Below are positions 50,669 through 64,000 of a stretch of 64,000 nt of DNA, piece by piece. Made by a program: the position numbers and the translations under genes. The first letter of the stretch is position 1, and each line of letters begins with the position of its first letter. Origin of the DNA: Octopus bimaculoides (Eukaryota). The notes beneath the pieces were generated by a model. It did not search any database. It saw nothing but the letters and a program-made list of their open reading frames with translations, and was not told the DNA's origin. The stretch lies in the NCBI RefSeq assembly GCF_001194135.2, contig NC_068993.1, positions 23,687,006 through 23,751,005 on the forward strand, read 5' to 3'.

Positions 50669-50898
50669 GTCAGTTTAAGACAGTAATGTTCAGTTTTTGC
50701 CATCTTGCATAGTGGGGAAATAATGTTAGAAAATTAAAGGATACTAGTTGTAGTCATATTGTAGAGGTCAGGAATACTCTTATTATCCAGCATTCCTGAC
50801 TTCTACAGTATGACATAAGCTACTGTCCTTTTATTTTCTAACATTATTTCCCCACTATACTAGATAGCAATAACTGAACATTACTGCCTTAGACTGAC
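50669..50898. repeat. 230-bp fold-back element (MITE-like palindrome)
   Basis: Arms 50669-50775 and 50792-50898 align ungapped at 92/107 by manual count, with a 16-nt spacer. Confidence 0.92.
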
Positions 50899-51339
50899 CA
50901 TGTCAATATAAAAGCTGGAGAATATCTAACCTCTATACAATGCAAATGTGTTAATGATTGTTGACTACAAACACTAACGTTTTAGAGTGTTTCTCTTCCA
51001 AATTTGAGAGTGACTACTAAGTGACTCCTATACCATATCCTTACCCCTTTGTAATCTGTATTCCTCTGTTCCCTATTCTACATCAATATGTCCATCTTCT
51101 CCTCCCATCTTCTACATACAATAGCTATTCCTCCAGTGCTCGGCTTGTTATAACCAGAAATGGCTCTAACGAAAGTAGTATTAATCTTCTTTGGTCGCTC
51201 AATTTGCCTTAATTGATCAATAGACCAATTGAGTAAACCTGTCAATAATGTACCTATAATGACTACTGGAAACAGATGCAAACCAAATTTGCTCCAATAA
51301 ATGAAAAATATGTAATGACCATTATGTTTAACTTGTTTC

Positions 51340-51412
51340 TCATACCTATATCTGTAAAATTCCCGTATGTGTGTGTGTTTGTGTTTATGTGTGTATGTGT
51401 GCGTGTGTGCGC

Positions 51413-51445
<33 letters not shown>

Positions 51446-52366
51446 CGCGCGTGAGTGCGTGTTTCCTCTATACACGGCCGAACCGCTTGATGAAGCTGTA
51501 CCAAGTTTAGCAACAAAGTTTTTCTTTACTTGGGAGAGGTTGTAGAGATGGGGGTCAAATTTTGGATCCCTATGTTTTCGATGACCGAGAATATGCAAAG
51601 AACCATGTTTTCAAAATTTTTAATTCACCCTCCCCACAAATTTAAAATTTTTAACTAATTCTCAAATGTTCTTTTCAATCTACTTTGTAAAGTACGAAGA
51701 TTAAGAACATGGAAAAATCTTTAATTTTAAATTTTCAATGAAGAACTCCAAAATTGATCCATACACCCCTCGCCACCCCATCCCATTGTCGAAAACTGAA
51801 AATGAACTGCTAAAAATAACAGCTAAATGTCTGGAAAATGTCTGTGCTTGTGAGTGCGCACACGCAACAACTTCTACAGCTTGTGCGAATGAACAGAGAA
51901 AGTAAAGAGAAATTTGTTTTACATACCTGTCATATACGTCGGTTTTGTTTTGTTTTTTTTTCGCTTTCAAGGTAAACGATACTGATAGAAGCAAACACGA
52001 TATTGAATAATTTTCCGTCATACGTCTATGACAACCCCCCACCACCCCTTTTTGTATTTTAAATTAAAGATAAACGCTTTTTAATTATGATAATGAAAAA
52101 AGGCGTTTAGTCTTTACCGTCAAAATTAATTTCTCTTGTTCTCTCTTGTTTAATATTTAGTTAGAAGACAGAATAGGTTGTTACCAAAAACATTAAAACT
52201 TTGCTAACTCCATCGATTTGTTACTGAACCAGAATTTTAATTTCATTTGATACACACTTTCCTATCATTTATATGGAAAATTGCAAACATGACATATAAA
52301 AATAACTTATTTTAATAGAATTTTTATGAGTATATTTACGTAAACGTTTTTCTTGCACACTTACCC

Positions 52367-52410
<44 letters not shown>

Positions 52411-52900
52411 AACACATACACAAACACACTCACACACACCTGCACATATACGCAAGCGAATACACATGGACGAAATCCCATTTTGGAAGAATATTAAAGT
52501 TTTCCTTATTTTGGAATATGAGAACACAAACATAGGTGCTGAGCCAGTGACTAAACTTGTGTGATATAATATTTGTTCACAATTATTCTTACACATTTAA
52601 TTCTAATGTGATAACACTAAGATCATCTTATCTTACACATGCACCGTTCAATCACGAGTTAATAATTAGTTTGCAAGGCATTTACAGTTACACATTAACC
52701 CTTAAATTAACATTTAATAATATACGTGCTTAATATATATACTTCCAGAAAATTATCTATTATTATTGTGGGATTTACAGTTAAATTAGTAGTCCGCACA
52801 TGTGCCTCTATTTGGTTAATTTGCTTATATTTCGTTCATTTGCACTGCATCCAAAAATAAAGCCATATGCAACGGCTTACAAAAATAGAGATTAATGTAT
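51340..52900 (+). mobile_element. Probable non-autonomous Helitron/Helentron-like derivative
   Basis: 5' layout ATATCTGTAAAA-(TG)n-CTCTATACACGGCCGAACCGCT resembles 53400-53480. 52640-52900 is a diverged paralogue of 54000-54150 (GCTTACAAAAATAGAGATT[A/T]ATGTAT, 25/26). No 3' end was found. Confidence 0.5.
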
Positions 52901-53184
52901 GATTTTTTAAAAACTCACATTTATCTTTGCCATGCTTAAAAAAGTGTTAAATGTGTAAAAATTTTGAATTTTGTTTATAATTTTATAATTTTCGTCAGTT
53001 TACTTTAATTTGCTGAATTTCATTGAAACAGATAGTTCATTCTCGAACACCCTGTATAGTGTAGCGTTGTTAGTTGTTGCGTTGATCGAGTAAATATTAC
53101 AATCAAAGGTGTTGCACGACGTAAACCCTATCTTTTTGTTAAGCATATTTTATAAAGGAGTATATTATCCAAATTGTATCTCTC

Positions 53185-53300
53185 CTTTTACGGTACGGCT
53201 GTGTGGTTGAGAAGCTTGCTTTCCAGCCAAGTGGCTTTGGATTCAGTCCGATTGTGCGGTAGGCAGGTTGGACAATTCCATTCTCTTTCATTACACCTCA
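53185..53300 (+). mobile_element. Degenerate CORE-SINE head fragment
   Basis: GGCTGTGTGGTTGAGAAGCTTGCTTTCCAGCCAAGTGG..GGATTCAGTCC resembles 56590-56650. Confidence 0.6.
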
Positions 53301-53385
53301 GTTCCGACCAAAGCCTTGTGCATTATATAATTGCCATTAGTGTATTGATATATAAAATAGCACATGCAACTCACTTATTATTGTC

Positions 53386-53389
<4 letters not shown>

Positions 53390-53416
<27 letters not shown>

Positions 53417-54812
53417 AAATCCTATGACCCTCTGTCAGTCTGTTTGTTCCCAATGCATTCTCAAACAGCCCCACCAAATCAAAGCAAATTTTGCAAAGTA
53501 ATAGTATCACACCCCATGAGTGCCAAAATATATTTTTTTTTTTCATTTCCATTCAAACAATATAACATTTCATACACAATCTTTCTGTAGTCATCTATAG
53601 TACAATACATTTTATATGAGTGTGTATGCGTCTGTGTGTGTGTATGTTTCTGAGACTGTGTCTGCTTCCGCGTTAAGTAGGTTATTAAATATACACACAC
53701 ACATCTACACATATATAAATACATATGTGACGACTGCATGCGTGAACGTATGTCTTTTGTATCTCTCTTACATGTATATGATTGTATGTGAGAGTGCATG
53801 TGTGTGTATCGTCTCATTTTGTATGTGCATGTGTATGTGTCTGTGACTGTTTGTGTGTTTGTGTGCCCGTTACGTACGTTACGAAACACACGCATACATC
53901 GACATATACATATACATGTGTGACCCGAATTGTTGGATGTGAAACTCTAGACAAAATGCAATTAGCTGCAGGTCCAAGGTATATCAATAAATACATCTAC
54001 CATTCAATTAACAATTTATAATTATCGCAGCCGTTGCAAGGTTGCAAGGTATTTACAATTTGCTTATATTTGGTTAATTTACACTTCATAGAAAAATGCA
54101 GATATACTACATACATACAAGTGCTTACAAAAATAGAGATTTATGTATATTTTATCCCATGTACGTAATTTTTGTTTTAAAATATTGCAAAATTATGCCA
54201 CCAAAGAAAAAACGTAATCTCTCCAGAAACAGCTATAAAGAACTGTGCAGAAAACCTAAGGCGAGCGTCTCAACAGATAAGGGACATGAGACTTTCGCAG
54301 GATCAGCAAAGTATACCGCAGCACGTCAGGTGGAATCTCGATACAGGAGAGACATGGCAATTTCCAAAGATAACTGAACGCATGCTGTAGCATGTCAAAT
54401 ACAGTCTCAAGACAGAAGGGAGATGAGACTTTCTCAACATCCGCAAAGTTATGCGCAGCACGTCAAATGGAGTCTCAAGACAGAAGGGAGATAAGACTTT
54501 TTCAAGATCAGCAAAGCATTCTGCAACAGTTAATGCTAGATAATTAACACAACGTTTAGCATGACATCTTACACGGAGATCTTATAATATAGCTCTCAGA
54601 AACAGACCACGTAGAAATTCGTTCTTCACAACACTTAGAGCTGCTTTCTTATAAAAATGATATTTGTCTCTAAATCGGTGTGCTAAACTCATGTCATCTA
54701 AGCAAAGCTTTAAAAGTTACTCCACAAATATTTTGTCGTCAATACTGCACTTTTCCGTATCACCTGTTTCAACATAACAATAGTGTATATATATATATAC
54801 ATATATAATGAG

Positions 54813-54875
<63 letters not shown>

Positions 54876-54921
54876 CTGCCGTTTTAATCCGGAGCAACAC
54901 CGGGTATCCCTGCTCTGCTGG
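53390..54921 (+). mobile_element. Helitron deletion derivative retaining the RepHel N-terminus
   Basis: MPPKKKRNLSRNS start (about 54196), then about 69-bp coding repeats (54283-54520). 3' end CCGGAGCAACACCGGG hairpin followed by CTGG|T at 54918-54922. Confidence 0.72.
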
Positions 54922-54922
54922 T

Positions 54923-54960
<38 letters not shown>

Positions 54961-55261
54961 GTGTGTGACTATGTGTGTTTATGTGTTAAGTTTATGAAGA
55001 TATGTGAAAAGTAAGCATATTCCGAAACGAGAAATCTACAGTTATTCTGTCCACACTATACGTTTGCTCATTCTTGCATATATTTCTGGAAGGCTTTAAA
55101 ATGGCAGAAACATTATTCACAAGATTATACGGAATCTGTTGAATTTTGTCTGAGAATGTCAGCCATACTTATGTAAGTAGTTGCTCAGAACTGCCATAAA
55201 CGTATTACTTACATATAATATGTTAAGTGATGCCAAGGAAATACTTTCCTACTCTAGGATC

Positions 55262-55385
55262 GAAATTTTGGGGGAGGGGGTCAGTCGATACTTAATTTAT
55301 CGACCCCGAAATGATGAAAGACAGACGAAATACCGCTAAGCATTTCGCCTGGCGTGCTAACGTTTCTGCCAGCATGCCGCCTTCG
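55262..55385 (-). mobile_element. Deleted copy of the Meta-like SINE
   Basis: GACAGACGAAATACCGCTAAGCA and TACTTAATTTATCG are shared with 31496-31590. Confidence 0.8.
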
Positions 55386-55429
55386 TCCCAAGGAAATTAT
55401 ATAATGAACAATATGAGGATATAAGTATG

Positions 55430-55894
55430 AAAATGTATTGTGTTGCAGAGGGAATGATCACTCAATATATAAAAGCAATGTTCTTTCGTGACCTCAATAA
55501 AATGTTAGCAAACATAGCTGATATATTGATCATGGAAAAAGCAATTTTCCATGTTATTTCAAGGTAGTTTTCCTGCAACTATCACAGTTTAGGGGTTGTC
55601 AGCAATGAATGACATATGAAGCCTCCTTACTTCTTTCAACGAGGCCTTAGAGTTATCTCTGCCACCTATATTTTGACCCTGGAAATAATTGTTAAGCCCT
55701 GGATAGACAGTATATGCAATGGAAGGCCATATATATTTCAGTAAGACTGCATTATCACACATGGCTCTAGTAACACAGGAATGGATGGCTGAACATTCTC
55801 ATGATCACATAACCCCTAACATTTGGCATCCTAATTCCCCTGATCTCAGTCCATTGGTCAATTACATGTGGACCGTTGTTGAGAGAGAGAAAGA

Positions 55895-55970
<76 letters not shown>

Positions 55971-56252
55971 AATGAACAGGCCCATAACACCAAAGCTCCT
56001 TTGAAAGCTGACATAGTCAGAGCAATATCCAAAATGAACCAGGAACCACTTGAATCGTGCATGCACATGATTTAGATCTGATATAGATGCAGATGTTTAA
56101 GCTAAAGGTGACTTTATTGAATAACATTATAGAAAACAACGTTTGTTTTTATCTTCAAAGCGTTTTTGATAAATAAAGTTATTATGTGTGATTATATATC
56201 TGTTTATTTTTATAAACATAAATCTGTTCTCAAATGTCTTACGTACCTTGTA
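55430..56252 (+). mobile_element. 3' half of a maT (DD37D-type) Tc1/mariner element
   Basis: FPAT..LGVVSNE*HM.PPYFFQRGLRV..IVKPWIDSICNG..TQEWMAEHSHDHITPNIWHPNSPDLSPLVNYMWTVVERE..HNTK. Ends ..CTTACGTACCTTG|TA. Confidence 0.82.
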
Positions 56253-56458
56253 TGTATGTGTGTATATGTATATATATATATATATATTTGTGTGTGTGTG
56301 TGTATATATATATATGTTCATATACACATATATATATACTTACATAGACATACATATCTACATGTATATTTATGCATATATACATACGTATACACACGCA
56401 TATATACAGACACACAATCGCACACACACACACACACGCACGCACACACACACATATA

Positions 56459-56752
56459 CACGAGGTGGTATCAACACCGTGTTAAGTTCGCAGTGACAGC
56501 AAACAGTGACGCACATGAGGAAATGTGCTGAGTAACATCGATATGTTTTCTTTGCAACTTATGAAATTTTTGTGATCATGTAGCGTAGGAGTGGCTGTGT
56601 GGTTAGTAGTTTGCTTCCCAACCACATGGTCCCGGGTTCAGTCCCACTGCGTGGCATCTTGGGCAAGTGTCTCCTACTATAGCCTCGGGCCGACCAAAGC
56701 CTTGTGAGTGGATTTGGTAGACAGAAACTGAAAGAAGCCCGTCGTATATATG

Positions 56753-56785
<33 letters not shown>

Positions 56786-57155
56786 TTGTGTGTCTGTGTT
56801 TGTCCCCCCAACATCGCTTGACAACCGATGCTGGTATGTTTATGTCCCCGATAGAATAAGTACCAGGCTTCTAAAGAATAAGTCCTGGGGTCGATTTGCT
56901 CGACTAAAGGCGGTGCTCCAGCATGGCCACAGTCAAAAAGACTGAAACAAGTAAAAGAGTAAAAGAGTATGTGCATACTGTAGTCTGCAATTTTTGTCAT
57001 GGACGAGAAGTTGGGACAAACAATCAACGTGAACATTTGCGTTAAACTTGGGAGTCTACTGCAGATACATTGAGCATGCTGTGGTAAACTTATGGCAACG
57101 AGGCAGAGGCAATAGGTCGTACGCAATGTTTCGAGAGGAACGGGAGCTTCAAAAG
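56459..57155 (+). mobile_element. mariner 5' end and N-terminal ORF, split by a SINE insertion
   Basis: CGAGGTGGTATCAA TIR-like start at about 56461. After the SINE: MDEKLGQTINVNICVKLG..DTLSMLW*TYGNEA..RTQCFE (56999-57150). Confidence 0.68.
56581..56968 (+). mobile_element. CORE-type tRNA SINE with internal microsatellite
   Basis: A box TGGCTGTGTGGTTAG, B box GGTTCAGTCCC, CORE-like CTTGGGCAAGTGTCT, internal (TA)/(TG)n, GATAGAATAAGTACCAGG block, tail GGCGGTGCTCCAGCATGGCCACAG..(GAGTAAAA)2. Confidence 0.88.
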
Positions 57156-58044
57156 TCACGTCACTGCGCAGTTCAATCAAGAGCATACATATGTATATTT
57201 GTTAGTGTATATTAGAAATAATGTGAATTGTGGATTTATGTGTCCGTGACGCTGCCCTGTAATAGTCACCAATGATTTTCTGGTTAGATGTTGAGAGCTC
57301 ATTCACTTATACATTTTGTATGTAGTCGTGTTTCCATTCGCCTTCACTCTCAATAACTTGCATTTATAATCCGTCTCCTGGTATTCATTATTCTGCTACC
57401 GTTAATATAGCATTTCAGTCCATAAAACTTTACAAAATGTCCTCTGTGTAAATAATTATTTACACTTCAAAGAAAATATATTGCTTCAATGCATTATTCT
57501 CAAATATTTTTACATGATTATGTTCAATAGTATCCTTTCCTTTACTTTTAATTTTGAGCTCTAGCAGGGATTTGCAATGTTACATGATAAAATATGGGAG
57601 CCCATATTTTGTCATTCCAGTTTCTGAGTTTACATTCCTTATTCGACGTACCATATATTAGGAGAGATAGCTGTAAACTAATTTTAATACAATATAAGAG
57701 TAAGAGCAAAAAAAAAAGTTATTTTTCATTGTATCATCAGTTTTCTATGTTAACTGGAAAGCATAAGCAATTCTACACAACATCATACGAAATAGATGCA
57801 AATCCCATAGAGCTACCTCCGACATTCTGTTACTGATTAAAATAACGAAAATTGAATGTTTGTTACCATAAGTTAGGAGACAAACTTTTTTGTGAGGTAA
57901 AATAAAAACAAAATTATTAAATGAATGAAAAACATTGAATCAATCTCGAATGAGAAATAAATATTTAAAGTATGATATAGTTTGGCAAAGTAAATCAGTC
58001 TTTCGTTACAAAGTTTTTAAGGTATATTCAGATTTCAGACAAAA

Positions 58045-58066
58045 CAAGTATCAATAACAACAACAC

Positions 58067-58117
<51 letters not shown>

Positions 58118-58141
58118 TAATAATAATAATGATAATAATAA
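58045..58141. repeat. (AAT)n
   Basis: Directly visible. Confidence 0.95.
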
Positions 58142-58470
58142 TAAAATTGAAATGTAAGGAAACAAAGAGTGAGGAATACCAGCCACTGCGGAATGAGATA
58201 GGAAAGTTATGGTGTATCAGGGAAACAATGTGTATACCGGTGGTAATTGGAGCATTAGGAAGAATTCCAAGAGCTTTGAAAAGTATATTAAGAATTTTGG
58301 AGTACTGTCGGTCTCGAAGTCATCCAGAACACAGTATTGTTGGGTACAGCTTACATTCTATGGTGAGTATTGTCTCTTTGAGCCACAGGAGAAGGCACTA
58401 CGCGAAACCTTTTTGTGATTTGTTATTGCCTGCTTTCAAGTAAAGAATAACCGCTAATTAAGAACTATCC
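58142..58470 (+). mobile_element. R4/Dong-type 3' fragment (pile-up member 1)
   Basis: EYQPLRNEIGKLWCIRETMCIPVVIGALGRIP (RLE C-terminus), plus a 3' UTR shared with 20960-21166. Confidence 0.85.
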
Positions 58471-58489
58471 TAGAGTATTTCAGAATAAC

Positions 58490-58533
58490 ACCGACGACAA
58501 CAACAACAACAATAATAACAGCAACAACAACAA

Positions 58534-58564
<31 letters not shown>

Positions 58565-58710
58565 AAGAAGAAGAAGAAGAAGAAGAAGAAGAAGAAGAAG
58601 AAGAAGAAGAAGAAGAAGAAGAAGAAGAAGAAGAAGAAGAAGAAGAAGAAGAAGAAGAAGAAGAAGAAGAAGAAGAAGAAGCAGAAGAAGAAGAAGAAGA
58701 AGAAGAAGAA
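58490..58710. repeat. (AAC/AAT)n-(AAG)n
   Basis: Directly visible. Confidence 0.97.
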
Positions 58711-58711
58711 C

Positions 58712-59878
58712 CACAACAATTGGACTAGCCAAATACCTTGAAACAGCAAACGATTCGATGCTAAAACTTGTTGAAAAACATGAAAGACCGAAAAAACTTC
58801 ATTCTATTCTGAAAGAGAGTAAAACATTCGCTACTGATCTCTTAGATACCCACCAGCTTGATCAGGCTGAAGGAAATGCACCAACTGCTGCTGCAAAGAA
58901 AATAAAATCAATTGCAAAGACAAAAGCACATGACAAATTAGCTAGCAGATGGGAACAGAAACCTCTGCATGGCAAGTATGTGGCTCGTAGCAAACAAGCT
59001 GATGTCGACCAGAAACAGACGCATCAATGGTTACGAAGCTCAGGACTAAAAGCAAAGTGCTAAGGTTTCATATTATCTGCTCAAGACCAAAGCTTATTAA
59101 CCCGGAACTACCAGGCCAATGTGATAAAAAATGGAGCTGACCCACAATGCCGATTTTGTAACGATGAGATTGAAACTATAGACCACCTAATCTCAGAGTG
59201 TAAAGTCTTAGCACCTGTAGATTATAAAGCAAGATATGACAGAGTCGGCCAGTATTTACACTGGACAATATGTCGGCATTATAAAATCAAAACCGCTGGC
59301 AAATGGTATAAACACCATCCTGAAGCTGTGAGAAAATGTGTCGATTCTCTGGGACTTCCCCGTACATACCGACAAAATAAAAGCTAATTAACCGGATATT
59401 ATTATAAACGATCAGACAAAAAAGGTGTGTTTATTAATTGACATTAGTATTCCTTGCAATCACAATATAGCGGCGAAAGAATTTGACAAGATCAGTAAAT
59501 ATAAAGAGTTACTAATAGAAATTGAAAAAAATGTGCCATCTCAAGGCGACTACCGTACCAGTGAATGTAGGATCTCTATGAATGATAAACAAAGGGGACT
59601 GAAACCTATTTGAAAATGATACCAGGCTTACCATCTCTACAGGAAGTGTAAAAAATCGTGTTAACTGGAACGTCTCATGTACTGAGAAGAGCATCATCGC
59701 TGTGAAAGCAACATCCATTCATGAATTAATTGATTTATCAATTTTTTTAAATACATATTTTACCTTTGAATTTGCGTGTGTAATCTGGGAATGCATACAA
59801 TGAGCTTCTCTGCCCTAGGTGTACGGAAAACCCTCGGCGAAAGATGGAAGAAAATTTGAAGAAAAAAGAAAAAAATAA
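58712..59878 (+). mobile_element. R4/Dong-type 3' fragment (pile-up member 2)
   Basis: WEQKPLHGKY..WLRSSGLKA..AQDQSL..CRFCNDEIETIDHLISECKVLA..HW..WYKHHP..PDIII..CLLIDISIP..DKISKYKELLIEIEK. The 3' UTR ends in AATAATAAT. Confidence 0.92.
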
Positions 59879-59899
59879 TAATGATAGTAACATTTTTGA

Positions 59900-60360
59900 T
59901 CATGATTATCTCAATTTCAAGACAAAAGTCGCAACTAAACAAAATTTAATCATACCCCACACTAGTAGGAACAAAAATGGTATCTCAAGACTGTTACAAT
60001 ACCAATGATTGTAGGAGCACTCGAAATGATCAAAAAATGAACTGAAAATCATTTAAGAATGATCCCTGGATTACCATCCACGCAGGAAGTGCAAAACACT
60101 GTATTAACTGGTTAGTCAGAAGTATAAAGAAGAGCATTGTCAGTGTGAATTTTCTTTCCTGGTTTGGCCTTCATTTTCTTCGTTTACTTTTATATTTTAT
60201 ATATTTCTCTGTCCTTCTTCCCTTTTTCTGTCGCATGACATTGTAAATGAACAATCTTATGTGATTATTTTAATGGTCTACAAATGAATACAGTACATTT
60301 CTCTGTCCTAGGTGTCAGGAAGGCACTCAGCAAGAAAAGGGAACAGAATTGAAAGATGAT
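59900..60360 (+). mobile_element. R4/Dong-type 3' fragment (pile-up member 3)
   Basis: TIPMIVGALEMIKK*TENHLRMIPGLPSTQEVQNTVLTG. The 3' UTR end CTCTGTCCTAGGTGT is shared with member 2 and runs into (AAT)n. Confidence 0.85.
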
Positions 60361-60366
60361 AATGAA

Positions 60367-60417
<51 letters not shown>

Positions 60418-60429
60418 GATAATAATAAT

Positions 60430-60521
<92 letters not shown>

Positions 60522-60522
60522 G
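60361..60522. repeat. (AAT)n-(AAC)n-(AAT)n
   Basis: Directly visible. Confidence 0.97.
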
Positions 60523-60529
60523 TAATGGA

Positions 60530-60930
60530 ACACATAAAAATGAAAAGGAAAAGAACGACGGGCGGAGGAACATAATTACTATAAAATTGTTGATTTAGGA
60601 GTTACGCACGCCCACACTACTATGCCACTACCCTCCAAAAGCATACAAGAATAACGTCATACTGCTGATACCCAACAAAATTAAGAAAACCACAACATGT
60701 GCCATAGAAGGCCGATAGCCGACAGAAGACAAAACCTGCGCTACACAAACAACACACAATATGATAACTAATGCAACAGAAAACTCAAACAAAACCTCAT
60801 AACAAAACGTACGGATACAATACAATATTACTGCCCCCCTCTAAAAAAAAAAATTAAAATGCGGCACACACCACTGCACTAGCACAATTAGAAAGATTTT
60901 TGAAACTTTCAGATGTCGAAAAAAAATGAT
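60530..60930 (+). mobile_element. Probable decayed R4-type 3' end and UTR (pile-up member 4)
   Basis: NNVILLIPNKIKKT resembles the QK.VILGTA.ILRK.L terminus. The A/C-rich UTR resembles 20340-20649 in composition. Confidence 0.4.
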
Positions 60931-60949
60931 AGTGGTGATGACGATGGTG

Positions 60950-64000
<3,051 letters not shown>

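Overview
AT-rich, microsatellite-dense eukaryotic DNA with six N-gaps (447-690, 5315-5324, 8265-8598, 20755-20895, 28065-28571, 34825-35061). The SINE families and repeat landscape look like an octopus-type cephalopod genome (inference from recalled repeat families, not from a search). I find no intact host protein-coding gene. Nearly all informative ORFs are broken transposon reading frames. Recognisable content: a U6 snRNA copy fused to a retroposon 3' tail; a Penelope-like element; a two-LTR Ty3/gypsy element with a polyQ gag and a second gypsy remnant; an L1/Tx1 fragment; about nine pieces of R4/Dong-type RLE LINEs, mostly packed between (AAT)n/(AAG)n arrays; a full-length TTAA-flanked piggyBac; a full-length Tc1; mariner and maT fragments; Helitron derivatives; several tRNA-headed SINEs; and two long fold-back elements. 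The best leads are the U6/SINE-tail chimera (5379-5562), the microsatellite-associated LINE pile-ups with a non-coding passenger module (58045-64000, 18182-24796), and hammerhead-like cores at a Penelope end and at a fold-back element. All alignments were done by eye, and element boundaries are approximate unless TIR/TSD/LTR termini are cited.
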